Origin: Cirrosporium novae-zelandiae
Taxonomy: Eukaryota
NCBI GenBank assembly: GCA_026023565.1
Contig: JAPETS010000006.1
Span: forward strand, 1 to 64,000
Direction of reading: 5' to 3'
Length of the DNA stretch: 64,000 nucleotides
The translations under genes were made by a program, and so were the position numbers. This document shows, one piece after another, positions 27,617 to 40,597 of this stretch (within the stretch, counting starts at the first letter, position 1; every line of letters begins with the position of its first letter). A model generated the notes under the pieces. The model ran no database searches and was not told the origin of the DNA. It was given only the letters and a program-made list of their open reading frames with translations.

Positions 27617-29715
27617 ATGTCTCAGGTGGGTCGTACTTAAGATATATTTTTGCGCAAAGCCCTGAAAAACTTCCCTGCTAATTTTTAATAGTATGTTTCG
27701 GAGCTCACAACTTTTCTGGTAGATGATGTCTGGGGAGAATTACCATCTGTGAGTTGATGATTTTTTTTTGATTTTTTTTCCTTTTTTTTTTCTAACCAGG
27801 CTTTCTCAACATTTCAAGTCCTTAGCTTGCAACGTAGCTAATTTGTACAGCGCGTGTTTAGAACCCTTCTTCATGAAGGTCGCCTTATGCTTCCAGGCAT
27901 CATTCGCAAATCTCACCTATCCCCCAACCAAGTTAAACATGGACTGGCTCTTCTGGTCCAGCAGGGACTCATCAAGCATTTCTCTGCCCAGTCCGATATT
28001 CCTACTCAATATGAGGTTGACCACCTCCGAGCTTATTCTTTGGTCCGGGCCGGAAAATTCATTGCTATTGCCGAAGCGCAATTTGGAAATATTGCTTCAA
28101 TCATCTTATCTGAGCTACTCTCTCTTGGGCATGCAAAGATTCGTGACCTGAAAGTACCTGTGATGAAGGATATGCACCCAGTGGATTCAGATGTCGATGT
28201 ACGAAATGGAGGAAGTGTTAAAATGCCAAACGGGCAAGCCAAGACGGTGACGTCTCCACGACAGATAAATAAAGTTATGAATCAGCTTCTAGACGCCGGA
28301 TTTATATGCGCAATCCACAAAGCCTGGTTTCGCTCTGACGCCGATAATAGGTTTGAAGCAGAGGCTATAGTCAAAGCAGGTGGCAGTTACAGCGATCCCC
28401 CAAAACCAAAGGAACTGCCAAGCTTCAACATCGAGGTCAAGAGGAAAATCGAGGAATGGTCTAATGGTATGCAGCTGAATACGGCTTATGTCAAACACCA
28501 AAAGCGATCCTCGGATTACTTGGGTACGGATGAGAGTCGGTATAATAAACGAGTCAAAATGAGTAATGGCTATGCCAATGGCACAACGAATGGGTACTCG
28601 CATACCTATGAAGACGAGGATGACGAGGACGACACCCTTCTTGATGTATGTTTAGCGCTTTGTTACCGCCTGCCAAATGGTGCGCACCACTAATAACTCA
28701 CTAGGAAGAGCTTGTGGTTCGTGTAAACCCTGAACGCTTTCTTGTTATACTCCGCAATGAGTTTCTCACAGGCTTATCAGCCACCGAGATCACTCATACC
28801 ACAGCAAAAGTCTACGCCGCCTTCCTTCAGAAAGTAGAACCAAGCCTATGGACCTGTCGCTGCGATATTGAAGAAGCTGCTGAGGTTGAAGAGGTGGAAA
28901 TTCTTAGAGAATCTTTCTCAGCCGTTCAAGTTGCCTCTTCTCTCGACCCAATGATAGAGTTGGAGGAGGATGCCATCGGCACAATGACAAATGGTTTCCA
29001 TAATGATGACGATAATGAAGGAATAGGGGTTAAGGTCGAGGACGGCGACGATCCTCCGTCCCACCGCAGCAATAAGGCCTCTCGCATTGATACTGTCAGC
29101 CAACATCTTCAACTTCTTGCTCAAGACTCTCATCACTTTGTGCAAGCCCTTGATAAAGAGACTGGTGGTACGGCATATATAGTCGACTACCAGGGCCTCA
29201 CGAAACGACTACGACAAATCGAGCTCGAAAAGATCATCAACAAACGATTTGGCAAGACAGCTCTTCGCATTATACGCATACTCCTTGTAAAAGGCAAATT
29301 GGATGAACGGAGAATAGGCGAGTTGGGTATGATCCCTCCGAAGGATATGCGTATGGCCTTGATGCATATGCAAGAGGCAGGGTTCGTTAGTCTACAAGAG
29401 ATTCCTCGAGATATATATCGACAACCGTCGAAAACCTTATACTACTACTACTTCGATTCTGAGCGCGTTCGCTTTCTCGTCCTCGAAGAGACCTACGATG
29501 CTATGCTAAAATGCCTACAGCGAGCACGAATCGAGAGGGAGAAGGTCCATACTGTCATCGAGAAATCAGAACGAACAGACGTTGTCGGTAGGGAGGACCA
29601 ATTCCTCACAAAAGTCGAGAGGGAGGCGCTTTCAAAGTATAGGGAGAAGGAGGAAATGCTGCTGACGGAAGTAAGCCGTCTAGATGATTTGGTCATGATC
29701 CTCAGGGACTTCTAA
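27617..29715 (+). CDS. RPC82: RNA polymerase III subunit C82/RPC3; 4 exons
   Basis: MSQ|YVSELTTFLVDDVWGELPS|RVFRTLLHEGRL, VKHGLALLVQQGL, RFGKTALRIIRILLVKGKLDE, LQEIPRD..RQPSKTLY, ends RLDDLVMILRDF. Confidence 0.92.
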
Positions 29716-30049
29716 GGTTCTTCTTACTATAATACCCATTCCCCCCCTACTATTACTTATCTACCATCTTCCTAAGCGTACTTGGGGATTGGAGACAATC
29801 GGAATCTTTCAAATAGCATAGAGCCCCCGGTATTTGCATTGCTTGGCGTTCTTTCGAACTAGGTATTAAAAAAAGCCATGCTTTTAGGAATTTTAGGACG
29901 GCGAGAGTGATAGATATACTTAAGATGAGGAATATAATACGAGTTAAAGTTGTCTCCGAAGTTTGGTCTTGTGTTGGTGACTTATAAACTTTGTGCATGA
30001 TAGATGGAATTATTGAATGGAACATGGAACATGGAACACCTACAATTCT

Positions 30050-31700
30050 TATGTCCTTTTCTCTATCTCTATCCCTATCACCCGTCTACATCTACACCCA
30101 TCCTAATACTTACGTAGCTATAATTTCCCATCCACAAATCCAAACCCAAACTCACAATCTTAATATCTTACCTTACCTAACTAACTACAACCTTCCTTCC
30201 TCTCTTACTAAGTTACTTAGCTTTTCTATACTATACATGTTTTGATCAGTAATGGTAAGGAGGAGGGACCCATTGATAGGATATGGGAATAGAATAATTG
30301 AATTTAAGTTAGGTAGGTAGTCGGTAGTGGTGGTTTAGGGAGGGGATTTTTGGTTGCTTGTGCTGGGTTATGTACGGTACATGTGCGGTTGGTTGCGCTT
30401 TAAAGGGTATTTGGGGGTAGTGGATTAATTATCTTTCGATATAGATAGATGTCCATCTGAAATGAAGTCCAACAGATATCTAAATAAAAAGGTTGGGGTA
30501 TATAAATAACTACCTACCTAGATACTAACCAAATATTTTACATCAACAGACAGATAGTTCGTGAATATAAATGCATATTAAATTAATTAATTGATTAGAT
30601 TTCTTTTTAAATATTTGAATAAACTGAGATTGCTCCTATTTTAGCGAACAAAAAAACACAAAAAAACAGTCTCACATCAATTCTATTATATACCAGATCT
30701 AGTCCTAGTCCTACTCCTCCTTCTTCATCCTTAGATAAATAAGTCCTTCAGTTCTCCCTCTCCTTCAAGTCCCCTCCTTCCCTTCCCTTCCGATGATCTC
30801 ATCTCGTAACCACCTAACTACCTAAAAACCCCCCCCCCCCCCAAGACTTATGAGAAAAAAAGAAGAAAACAGACGAGAAAGGGCCGAGCTCAGTGATTGT
30901 ATGTTTTACTAAATATGCATGTTATCCTAGGGGCCAGTACAGTATAAGATATAAGATAGTATGAGATAGCTGGTATACAGGGGGTTTGTTAATATGGATT
31001 TATAAGAAATGCTTTTAAAGGAAAGGGCTTTATTTGGTATAAGGATGGATGGATGGATGTTAATACTCCTCTTGGATATAATATAACTAGCTGGGAGGGA
31101 AGGGAGGGAGGGGCTATTACGGTTGAAGGATGGTGTTATACTAATGTACTGTACAAAAAAAAAGGAAAAAGTGAGGGGGTGGGTATAAGGGGTAGGTAAG
31201 TTGAGATTATGTTATATATATACACACCGGGGATAAATATAAGCATAATAAAATGTAAATGTAGACATCATTAGCTGGGCCAGCCTCAGGTGTAATTAAG
31301 TAATTAAGTACTGTACTAATCAGTATCGTTTTTACATAGTCAAAGGAAAGAAACAATTAGAGATTTTAGACTAGGATATTGGTGTGATTGAGTTGACTGA
31401 CATGGTATTATAATATCGAAATGGGGGGGTAGGTACTTGTGAATAAATGTATGGAGGACCCCCGCCCCACCCCACCCCACTAATCAGCGGTTAGTGGCCC
31501 GAAACCGCAATTGTAATCGCGATAAGGTTTCGAGGAACGAATGATAACAACCTCTCTACCTCTCCAACATACAAAACCATGATATATGTAATATATCCTT
31601 TATAACAATAGCTTGATACATAAGCCAAGAGACATCTTTTATTCATTTTAAAATTTCTTCTGAATAGCCAAAAATCCTTTAATTATGAATCATGAAAATA
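30050..31700. repeat. AT-rich low-complexity intergenic tract
   Basis: Homopolymer runs, (TAGG)/(GGAT) repeats, no credible ORF. Confidence 0.55.
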
Positions 31701-31793
31701 TTATTCCTGAACCCGTGGTCCACACAATCCTCGAAACTCCCCCCCTCCCCCGCTCCTTGCCATTTCATTCAATTTCGTGTGAATGCCTATTCT

Positions 31794-32010
31794 TCATCCA
31801 GCGTTTTGAGTTTGTTGGTCATACTGCCCTTCGGTAACACCAAAAGTAGAAGATCTTGGGGATTGTTGTTCTGATGGCTCGGCAAGAACTATATCGCTTG
31901 ACAACCTCTTGGTAGGAGGAATAGTAGATGTTTGACGCATTCGGATTGAGCCTTTTTGTGGATCTGGTGATTCTATCCTACGTCCTACTGCTCCTAACTG
32001 CTTTGGTGAT

Positions 32011-32084
<74 letters not shown>

Positions 32085-32474
32085 GATGGGGCCATAATAA
32101 CCGTTTGGAAATGAGGTTTCGTTCATCCGAAATGGGTTGCTGAAAGCGGCATTGAAGCCATTGTTGTTTTGGGTGGTGGTGGGGTGTTGATGGCTGATAT
32201 TAAGCTGGACATAAACCGGTAGAGGTGATGACATGAAGCCGTTTGTGGTTTGAGGATCGGCGGTTAACACATCTTGATGATGCCGTGGAGATGAAGGACA
32301 GTCAGGTTGAATACGACGAGCCTTTCGTATCATGAGTAAATTAAAAAAGAGTCCAATTATAGCAAGAATTGTTGCAAATATGCCAAAGATGATTTCGATA
32401 TCACGGTCACTTTCATTATCAGACTTGGTATTCCTAGTCACATGACTATGAGATACGAGGATGATTGAAGGCAT
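31794..32474 (-). CDS. Orphan single-pass membrane protein with poly-Asn tract (226 aa, intronless)
   Basis: ATG-started ORF with one hydrophobic helix IEIIFGIFATILAIIGLFFNLLMI followed by basic RKARR, then a disordered tail. No family recognised. Confidence 0.55.
32011..32085. repeat. Perfect (TTG)25 trinucleotide repeat, encoding about 24 Asn on the minus strand
   Basis: Seen directly. Confidence 0.97.
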
Positions 32475-33720
32475 ATTGAATGTAAAATTAGGCAGATGCG
32501 GATTCCTAAAGAGATATAACTGAGAAAAAAAGATAATGTTGAAACTGGTGAAGCATTGAAGTAAAGATAAGTTTCCTTTTCATTAGAGAGCAATACAAAT
32601 AATTGAAAGAAGACATAGCAGAGCCTTTAAATATAAAATAAATATACGACCAGAGGGCCAAAGTGGAAACTCGGGGCTTTGCCTCAGCGTCCTACGCCTC
32701 CTTATAGTAGCTTAACTCCACCGACTTTGCTCCGACTTCACAGCCTTCAACTTGAGATATCCTCTAACGATATGAGGCAACTACTATACTAAATATCCCC
32801 TAGCAGCTGCTTTGGATTGCAATAGAATAGTACTATTGGATCGAGTCTTTATCCCAAATACAATGGGGTGTAGGAAGTCATCATCACTACACCCCAGTGT
32901 ACAAAGGTACCTAAAGGTTGAATTCCCATTTTGACTTGGTCAATGGCATTTCTGCATTCACACAACTTACTGTGGATTACGTATTAATGTAGGACAAGAG
33001 GAGGAACGTGCGGGTTTGCTGTACTTGTGTAGTACACCCAAATCCACTTAACCTAGTTACATTCAATCTGCTTGCCGTCTGTATAGCAAAATGACAGCTG
33101 AAAACATTGGGTTGTGAGAAACTCGATGATCTTATGCTCAATATCAGAGTGAATATTTAGAACATATACACCCTTGTAAAGGGTATCCTTTCTGACTATC
33201 AGATCGGCTTTCGGGTCTTTCTGATCCCCCCTGGGTCGTCGTATGCTACTTCACTTTTTCATTACTGTTTTGTGAGCTTGGGGGCCAGTTTAACACAGGA
33301 ACATGCTATTTGGTTTAACGGAAAGCAGAAGGGAAAAGGAGAGCTATCGAGTAGTCATAATCATATAATGCAAATTGCCTGCGACCTTGATGTATTGGAT
33401 GTACTGTACGCAGACTTTTCAGCAGAGTATACCAAGCTGACTTTGGCATACGACTTATTGCTCCAGGCTCGTATGCCAACATTTAAATCTATTCGTTGAA
33501 AATGTACAGTACAAGAAGAACTCAAGAATTACCTACTAATCTTGTCTCAATGAATAAACTTCCTTAGATTGTCTGGAAGGCAACTAGTATATTGCATAGT
33601 CATGTGCGTAATTGCTAAACAATTGACCGATATACTAACTTGGAGATCTGTTGACGCGACATGTCAATGATGAAGCAAAACACAGAATGTAATCACTGCG
33701 AGGGCTAATAGCTTTGCTCC

Positions 33721-34604
33721 TTAGTCATCATCGTCGGAATCATATGCGCCTAGTCCTAACCCTGGCAAGATCTTTGGCACTGGGCTGGATGAATTTGCAT
33801 TTTCCAGAGGCTTTGGCATCTCGTCAGCAACTTGGGGGGTCGTCTTTCCTCCACCACCTGGGTCTGTTCCAGTTTGAGATTTGCTAAGAACCTTGGTCTC
33901 TAGGACTGTTGTATGCTTTGGCTCAGGCTCCTGTAATTTCAGGTCCGGCTTGTTGGCTTTGCCATGCTTCTCTGAAGAGCTAGCCTCTGCAGCCGGTCCA
34001 GTAGTAGAAGACGTTTTCCTCAATTTTATTCCTCGCAACCCCTCAGACTCTTTCTTCTTTCTCCTCTTCCGTCCATGGACAGTCCAACTCTCTTGATCTT
34101 GTTCCCCGGTAGCCGTCACGGCAGTCTCATCCCCTTTCTCTGTTTCCAGTAATGCGGCTCTATCAGCCTCTTCTCTGTGTTTACGAAACAGGTCTAGTTG
34201 CTCAATCGTCTCCTTCTTGATTGCCTCTTCTTTTGCCCTGGTGGACTCCAAGACGGAGTCTAAAAATTCAACCTCATCTTCATCAAGGTTCCGAAATTGG
34301 TTTTTAAGTCGAATAGATTCCTCAAACGCTTCCTGCTTGGCGGCTATGTTATAAGACGAAAACCTGATATGTCAACCTTCATTCAGGGTCGATTATAGGG
34401 CTCTCAGTCCCGTCAAGGACCTGTTTGGAATGGCTCACTTTTGTTGGCTTGCAGGATTTCATATAGACTCTTGCCACCTTCCTGTTTGCCTTCCTCCTCC
34501 TTACGTCGCCGGTTGACTTCCAGTTCTTGCTGTGCTTGGAGCCATTCGTCGGAGCGTTGGATGGGTTCCTGGTCCGTTCCGCCGGATACGAAGCCTGAAG
34601 ACAT
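33721..34604 (-). CDS. FYV6: FAM192A/Fyv6 (NIP30/PSME3IP1 N-terminal domain) protein; 2 exons
   Basis: MSSGFVSGGT...GGKSLYEILQANK|AAKQEAFEESIRLKNQFRNLDEDEVEFLDSV; C-terminal LGLGAYDSDDDD. Confidence 0.85.
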
Positions 34605-35512
34605 GTTGACTCCTAAAACAGTTGATGGAATTTAAATCATGGGACGAAGTGGTGGCATTGGTTCGACGATGACACGATTTAATTATTTGGTGAACAAGTA
34701 GTACGGGTGGGTAACTGTATCACAAAGGGTTCCACTGATTGAATCGACTTTTTAGTAAGGTAAGGTGCAAGCGACGAGATCGGAGGGTTTTGAAGGCCGC
34801 AGTGGAGCCGGTGGGTTGATACGATATTTTACCGCTAAACCATTTTGGAATTTACTGAGGTTTCATAGAAATAGTGCAAACGGCCTTATGACGGTATACA
34901 TCATACTGAAATCAGTAAAGTCATCCCGAAACCCAGTGAACCCCTCATGAACATGCAGATAGACATAAGGATAAGATAGGCTCAGCAAATGACTGATTCG
35001 AGGTATCCTCAAAAATCAGTTTTCCCGAGAGGTTTAGGCAAACGGCTTTGATCTAAGAAAGTCTTGGTGTTGAGTAGTGGTCTTGGACGGATAAATCGAG
35101 CAACTTTACAGTATTTAGGTTAGTGACATATTGGCTAAATAGGAAAGTTTATATGACTAGGAGATTTATTGATAGCTTCAGATTGGTCAAAAATATATTT
35201 TTGATGGAGCCCTAGATAGAAAATGCAATGAGCTTCCAGACTAGAATTGTACATACCCTCACTTCTCATACAGAAGTAATCTAAATACCCAACAAGGGTC
35301 ATTGTACCAACGTATGGAAATAGCCCGATGACGTTGAGTGGGGGGGAATCGCTATCTCCCCCTAAGATTGCTCGCCGCCTTGAAGAGGCTGTCGATCTTT
35401 AAAGAGGCCCCTCCATCATCTCCATTTTTGCCATTTTTCAATTCTCACATCTCTATCCATTTCTATGCAGAACCGCTTGATCTCTTCATTGACCAGCAAA
35501 ATCTCACGCAAA

Positions 35513-36732
35513 ATGGCAGGACCTCAGTGGACAAAGTACGTTATTTCGTCATAGCATTTCAATATCCCCAGGAAGCCTCAGCCATATTGAAGCGCAAACA
35601 AGTAATACATCCATCGATAACTGCTGACAAGCTCTACCACAAAGAAAAACATTTAAGCTCAACACTGGAGCTGATATCCCCGTCATCGGTCTTGGAACAT
35701 GGCAATCCAAGCCAAATCAAGTTCGAGATGCTGTCAAAGTTGCATTGCAGAAAGGTTATCGCCATATTGACACGTAAGGTTTATTCCATATCGCCTTGTT
35801 GGTCAGTAGGCTGATTGCTTTAAAGCGCACTGGCTTATGGTAATGAGGCCGAGGTTGGTCAAGGTATCAAGGACTCTGGAGTTCCCCGAGACCAGATTTG
35901 GGTTACCACCAAGCTTGACAATACATGGCACCACCGTGTAGAGGATGGCATCAACTCATCCTTGAAGGATTTGGATATGGATTATGTTGACCTATACCTC
36001 GTCCATTGGCCTTCTTCAACAGACCCCAGTGATTTGAAAAAGCACCTGCCAGATTGGGACTTCATTAAGACTTGGTTAGTACTCCCAATCTATTCAGGAT
36101 TCACCACTCATAACTTGATAGGCAAGAGATGCAGAAGCTGCCCGCAACTGGCAAAGTTAGGAACATTGGCATCTCGAACTTTGACATTACGAACCTCCAG
36201 AAGCTCCTGAATGACCCATCCTGCAAGATTGTCCCTGCCGTGAACCAAATTGTGAGCCGTTATTGGATCTGATATTAGCCACCCCACTAAACAAGCAAAC
36301 TAGGAATTACATCCCAACAACCCATCGTTCAAGTTGGTGGAATACTGCAAGTCAAAAGGCATTCACTGCACAGGATACTCCTGCTTAGGTTCCACTGATA
36401 GCCCACTGTACAAGGATAAGACATTGTTGGCGCTGGCAGAACAAAAACAAAAGACTCCCCAACAACTCCTTCTTTTATGGGGTCTTCAGCATGGTAGGTT
36501 CCATCTGATGACATATAGGATTAGGGGAATCAATGACTAATATTAATTTCAACCAGGCTGGAGCGTCATTCCAAAGTCTGTCACAAAGGAGCGGATTGAA
36601 AAGAACTTCGAAATTGACGGACTAGAACTCACGTCTGAGGAAGTAGAGAAACTCGATGGCTTGCCAGATAGATTCAAGGTTTGTGGGGATGCCTGGCTTC
36701 CAATCAGAGTCTTCCATGGCGGTGATGAGTAA
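35513..36732 (+). CDS. GCY1: Aldo-keto reductase, Gcy1/Ypr1-like NADP-glycerol dehydrogenase; 6 exons
   Basis: Spliced [47 protein letters not shown] (D/Y/K/H catalytic tetrad), [24 protein letters not shown]. Confidence 0.9.
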
Positions 36733-37099
36733 AGGAAAAATCTCCTATGAATTTTTGCTTGTGGCTAGGGAAAATGATGAAGTTTTTCATGATAATGAAG
36801 ATGCATGTTCGGATATTAGAATGCTAGATAGACACGTGATAGAGAAATCTACTCGTTATATTGTGTATTTATCTACGGCAGATTTCTTCCAATGAAATAA
36901 AAATAAGCATCACGGTATCCCGGAATATCCCGTTTTTGGCTCGCTCGGCTTTCGGTCAGTGACGCTTTATCATCGCCACCCGACACCGCATTTAAATAAG
37001 CTAGCTGCTGCCTACGTGTACATGGATACATATTTGGACTGATCATTATCCTCCTCCCCTCAGTCAAGCCCGTTGGGCTTTGAAGTTCTCTACTCAATC

Positions 37100-38574
37100 A
37101 TGGCGTCTGCAGCCGGTCGCCTCTTCAATATGGAGGCTAGGCGACTGGTAATGTGAGTATCTTCTAGAAACGATGCTGCTTTCATTCTGAAGGCTAAATT
37201 TCAGGAATATAGAGCAGCTAACAACAGGACAGGCTTGGTTTAAGAAAATATTCTGACATTGCAACAAAAAATTTACCAAAAATCACTCGAACAATAAACG
37301 ATAAACTTGTATCTTTCGTTGGACGACATACTGCTCGTCATCCTATCCATCCTAGAGCCGTGCTCAAACAGAGCAAACGCCGCTGGTTCTCAAACCTTGG
37401 TTCATCAGGTGCCTCTCGATCATACCAAACATCGACGCGAGCAAGTTATGCAGAAAGGGCTAGGTTTGCAAAAACAAAGGTAGGTAGTGCGGTGAATCGT
37501 TTTACTCACCAAGCTCCCTTTGCAACAACCTTGAGACCTAATCTCACTGGAGGAGCTTTACCGAGAACTGCCGGAGGTTATGGATTTGGTAGTGGCCAAA
37601 TTGGCGGGGCTAGATACTTCTCCCACATGCCTGCTTCCCCTGTCCAGGTTGTGAGCAATGTTTCTTCGGCTGTTCGCGCGTTCTGGCTCTCTGGACAAAG
37701 AGCCCATTTCGATGGTGTAAATCCACAAAATGGAGAAAAGAAATTTACGGCTGTGTCGTCATTACAGCAAGAAACAACACGGAAGCTCAGTTCATTTGGC
37801 AGTATTGTTCCAGGATCTTATATTAACTTCCACTTTTCCCCAACGATTACCGCTTTGGGCTCATTCAGTGGATTACGCAACTTCGATTCCTCGGACAATG
37901 TAACCCTCAACCAAGACAGTTTTTTGGATCTTCTATCTGGTGACTTCGCTAGAGCTATCAAGGATTTCGCCGCCATTATCAATGACCTCAAGAAACTGGC
38001 AGTCTTAGGAGACCTTCCAATTGAACTTTCCAGGCAGTCAACAGTAACAGTTAGATTCCCTGGTTGTGATGCGGACACGGTTGAACGGCTTTGCATCGAA
38101 CTTGGCATCAAGCGAGGAATCGTGTACCAAGACGAAAACTTCGATGAAGCTGTTGGAACTGAAATGGCACTCCTGTTCCCCTTTGCACCTAGTGAGATCG
38201 CTTCCCAAAGATCGGGCATTCCAAGTGCCGTCAGCCCAGAAGCACTTTACTGGGCCGATATGTTATCCCCAGAATCTAGGTCGCCGGGCTTTTCGCATCG
38301 TTCACAGATCAGCATGGAACAGGGGTTTGAGCAGGAAGTAAGCTCTGGATTTGAAGAAATTGCATCTATGCAGGAAAACCCATGGATCATATCACCATCG
38401 GACTATTCTAGCGGTGAGGACGCTCACGAAGCTAGCAATACGAACGATGCTTTGTATGAGACACCATTTTTAGAAGACACGAGAGAAACAACAAGTATGA
38501 AAAGCCTGGCGGATTGTGAAGGTGTAGAAGCGATTCATAAGTTTCTTGAAGAATGTGACAGAGCCAGGAGGTGA
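37100..38574 (+). CDS. Conserved fungal hypothetical protein (possibly Spg5-like); probable intron 37153-37232
   Basis: The frame is open from about 37233 into the 404-aa ORF. Conserved-looking blocks RPNLTGGALPRTAGGY, GGARYFSH, VRAFWLSG, LGDLPI, VRFPGCDADTVERLC, LLFPFAPS. The family assignment is from memory only. Confidence 0.8.
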
Positions 38575-39172
38575 AACCGAACAATCTTTGAAATGTTTCC
38601 TTTGTTAAAGGCATATTGTTGCATACGACATACTATCATTATTTCAGGGCAAGAAACCCTTTGATTTGGAACACGGGATGAGGAATGTTTTTGATGGAAA
38701 CAGAACACGTTTGATATAACTCGCAAATTCCTTATGTCATTTTTCTCTTTCTAGTATTGGGAAACCATGCTGTTGCGTAAATTCGAATAGCTACAAAAAA
38801 AATTAAAAAACTGAGCTCTACATTTTTACAAACCTCCTTTGGATTGGACAGGATGCCTAGTTTGGAGATACGAATGTATAAAAATGGGTTTTTTTCTAGT
38901 TGTAGTAATAATGTATATGTACTTTATACAATTAATGCAAGGTATATTTCTCAGTGAAAAATGAATACATAAAAATACAGAATAGCATATGATTGGCCCT
39001 AGGCACCCATCTGATAATCCAAGACCAGACCAATACCTTAATTCTTTCCCCAAGCCACCCCTCATTCTTCGCGTCAGTTCGAAGGCTCGACCAAATGCGA
39101 AATGAACATTGAAGACGTTACCTACAAAGATCTTTCATCATAAAATTTTCCTACCAGATATCTTTATCCATA

Positions 39173-40278
39173 ATGATGGAGGATTTTAATAGTGAGACCG
39201 ACAGCGATTATGCTAGCTATTGGCGAGATTGGGTGAGTAATATTTTTCTTCTCATCAGAGTAGCACTTTACTCGGTGTCTCGTCTTACTACTCGAATCAC
39301 CGTGAGCGAGAGACATGCAACCTCCGGTTATATATACTGCATTTTAGTCTTGGGCAAGGCCCATCTTGGCCTGATTCTCCGCAAGACCTCACATTATCGC
39401 GTTTCTATTCTTTAAGAGCAGCTGCAAGGCTTCTTAGGCACACTTTCGCTCACCTCTCCTTTCCATGTCTTCATCTGCTGCATATTTAAGACAACCGGCT
39501 TGCTGATATGGAACAGTTTATCTCGTCTAGAGGCAACGAATATTTTTGCGAAATAGACGAAGACTACCTTACCGACCGCTTTAACTTGACGGGGTTGAAT
39601 ACAGAGGTACAATACTATCAATATGCGCTGGACTTGGTCACAGATGTTTTCGACCTAGATTGCGAGGATGAGATGCGAGAACAAATTGAAAAGTCGGCGA
39701 GGCACCTTTATGGCCTTGTACATGCCCGGTATATTGTGACCACAAGGGGATTAGCGAAAATGGTATGCATACTGTACCATATACGTACTTACTCTTCTAA
39801 CTCTATTTAGCTCGAGAAATATAAAAAAGGGGACTTTGGCAAGTGTCCACGAGTTATGTGCGATCATCATCCACTCTTGCCAATGGGGCTGTCTGATATC
39901 CCGAGAGAAAAGTCTGTAAAGCTTTACTGTGCAAAGTGCGAGGATCTCTACAACCCAAAATCCTCGAGGCATGCTGGTATCGACGGTGCCTATTTTGGTA
40001 CCTCATTTCACAACATTCTATTCCAGGTTTACCCGGCGCTTATACCGGAGAAGTCGTCGAGACGATATGAACCAAAAATTTTTGGGTTCAAGGTCCATGC
40101 CGCAGCAGCCTTGCAGAGATGGCAAGATACTTATAAGGATGATATGAAATCAAGGTTGAGAAGGTTGAAAATTGATACTGGGTATGAATCGGATCGATTG
40201 AGAGAGGATGAGGAAAGCAGTGATTTAGATGATGCTGAGGAGGGAACAGGCATGGAAGTTATTGAACAAGGAAAATAA
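39173..40278 (+). CDS. CKB2: Casein kinase II regulatory subunit beta (Ckb2 type); introns about 39233-39516 and 39763-39810
   Basis: DSDYASYWRDW|FISSRGNEYFCEIDEDYLTDRFNLTGL, HLYGLVHARYIVT, zinc finger CPRVMC...CAKC, IDGAYFGTSF. Confidence 0.96.
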
Positions 40279-40597
40279 TGTTCCTGGTAATAGCACTAGA
40301 CTCGGAGTTTAGGATGGAACGGTATGGATAAATTTTGTATGAGCACGGAATACGCTTTCAGATACCCAAGGATGATAGAGTTAAGAATAACATCCTTCCG
40401 AAATACGAAAAGACTATGGCTGTCTTAAGTATATTGAAATACACAAGGTAAGGGTACATAATGTAAAAGCAAAGAGCTGATAATAGCGGAAGTGCTTGTG
40501 GTTCACATCCCCGAAGCGTGACAGCTCTGTCAATCTTCAAACTGCCCCGCCCCCACATCAAATTGTCCAAACATTCTCGAGTGTCATCACCATAAAA

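Noticed and set aside
27749..27850. Second acceptor CTAACCAG at 27799 in RPC82 intron 2 that would add a premature stop
   Set aside because: The branch point is too close to the AG for typical use, and the distal acceptor restores the conserved protein.
30050..31450. AT-rich tract as a possible RIP-degraded transposon
   Set aside because: No TIR, LTR or residual coding similarity is visible; it looks like simple-sequence intergenic DNA.
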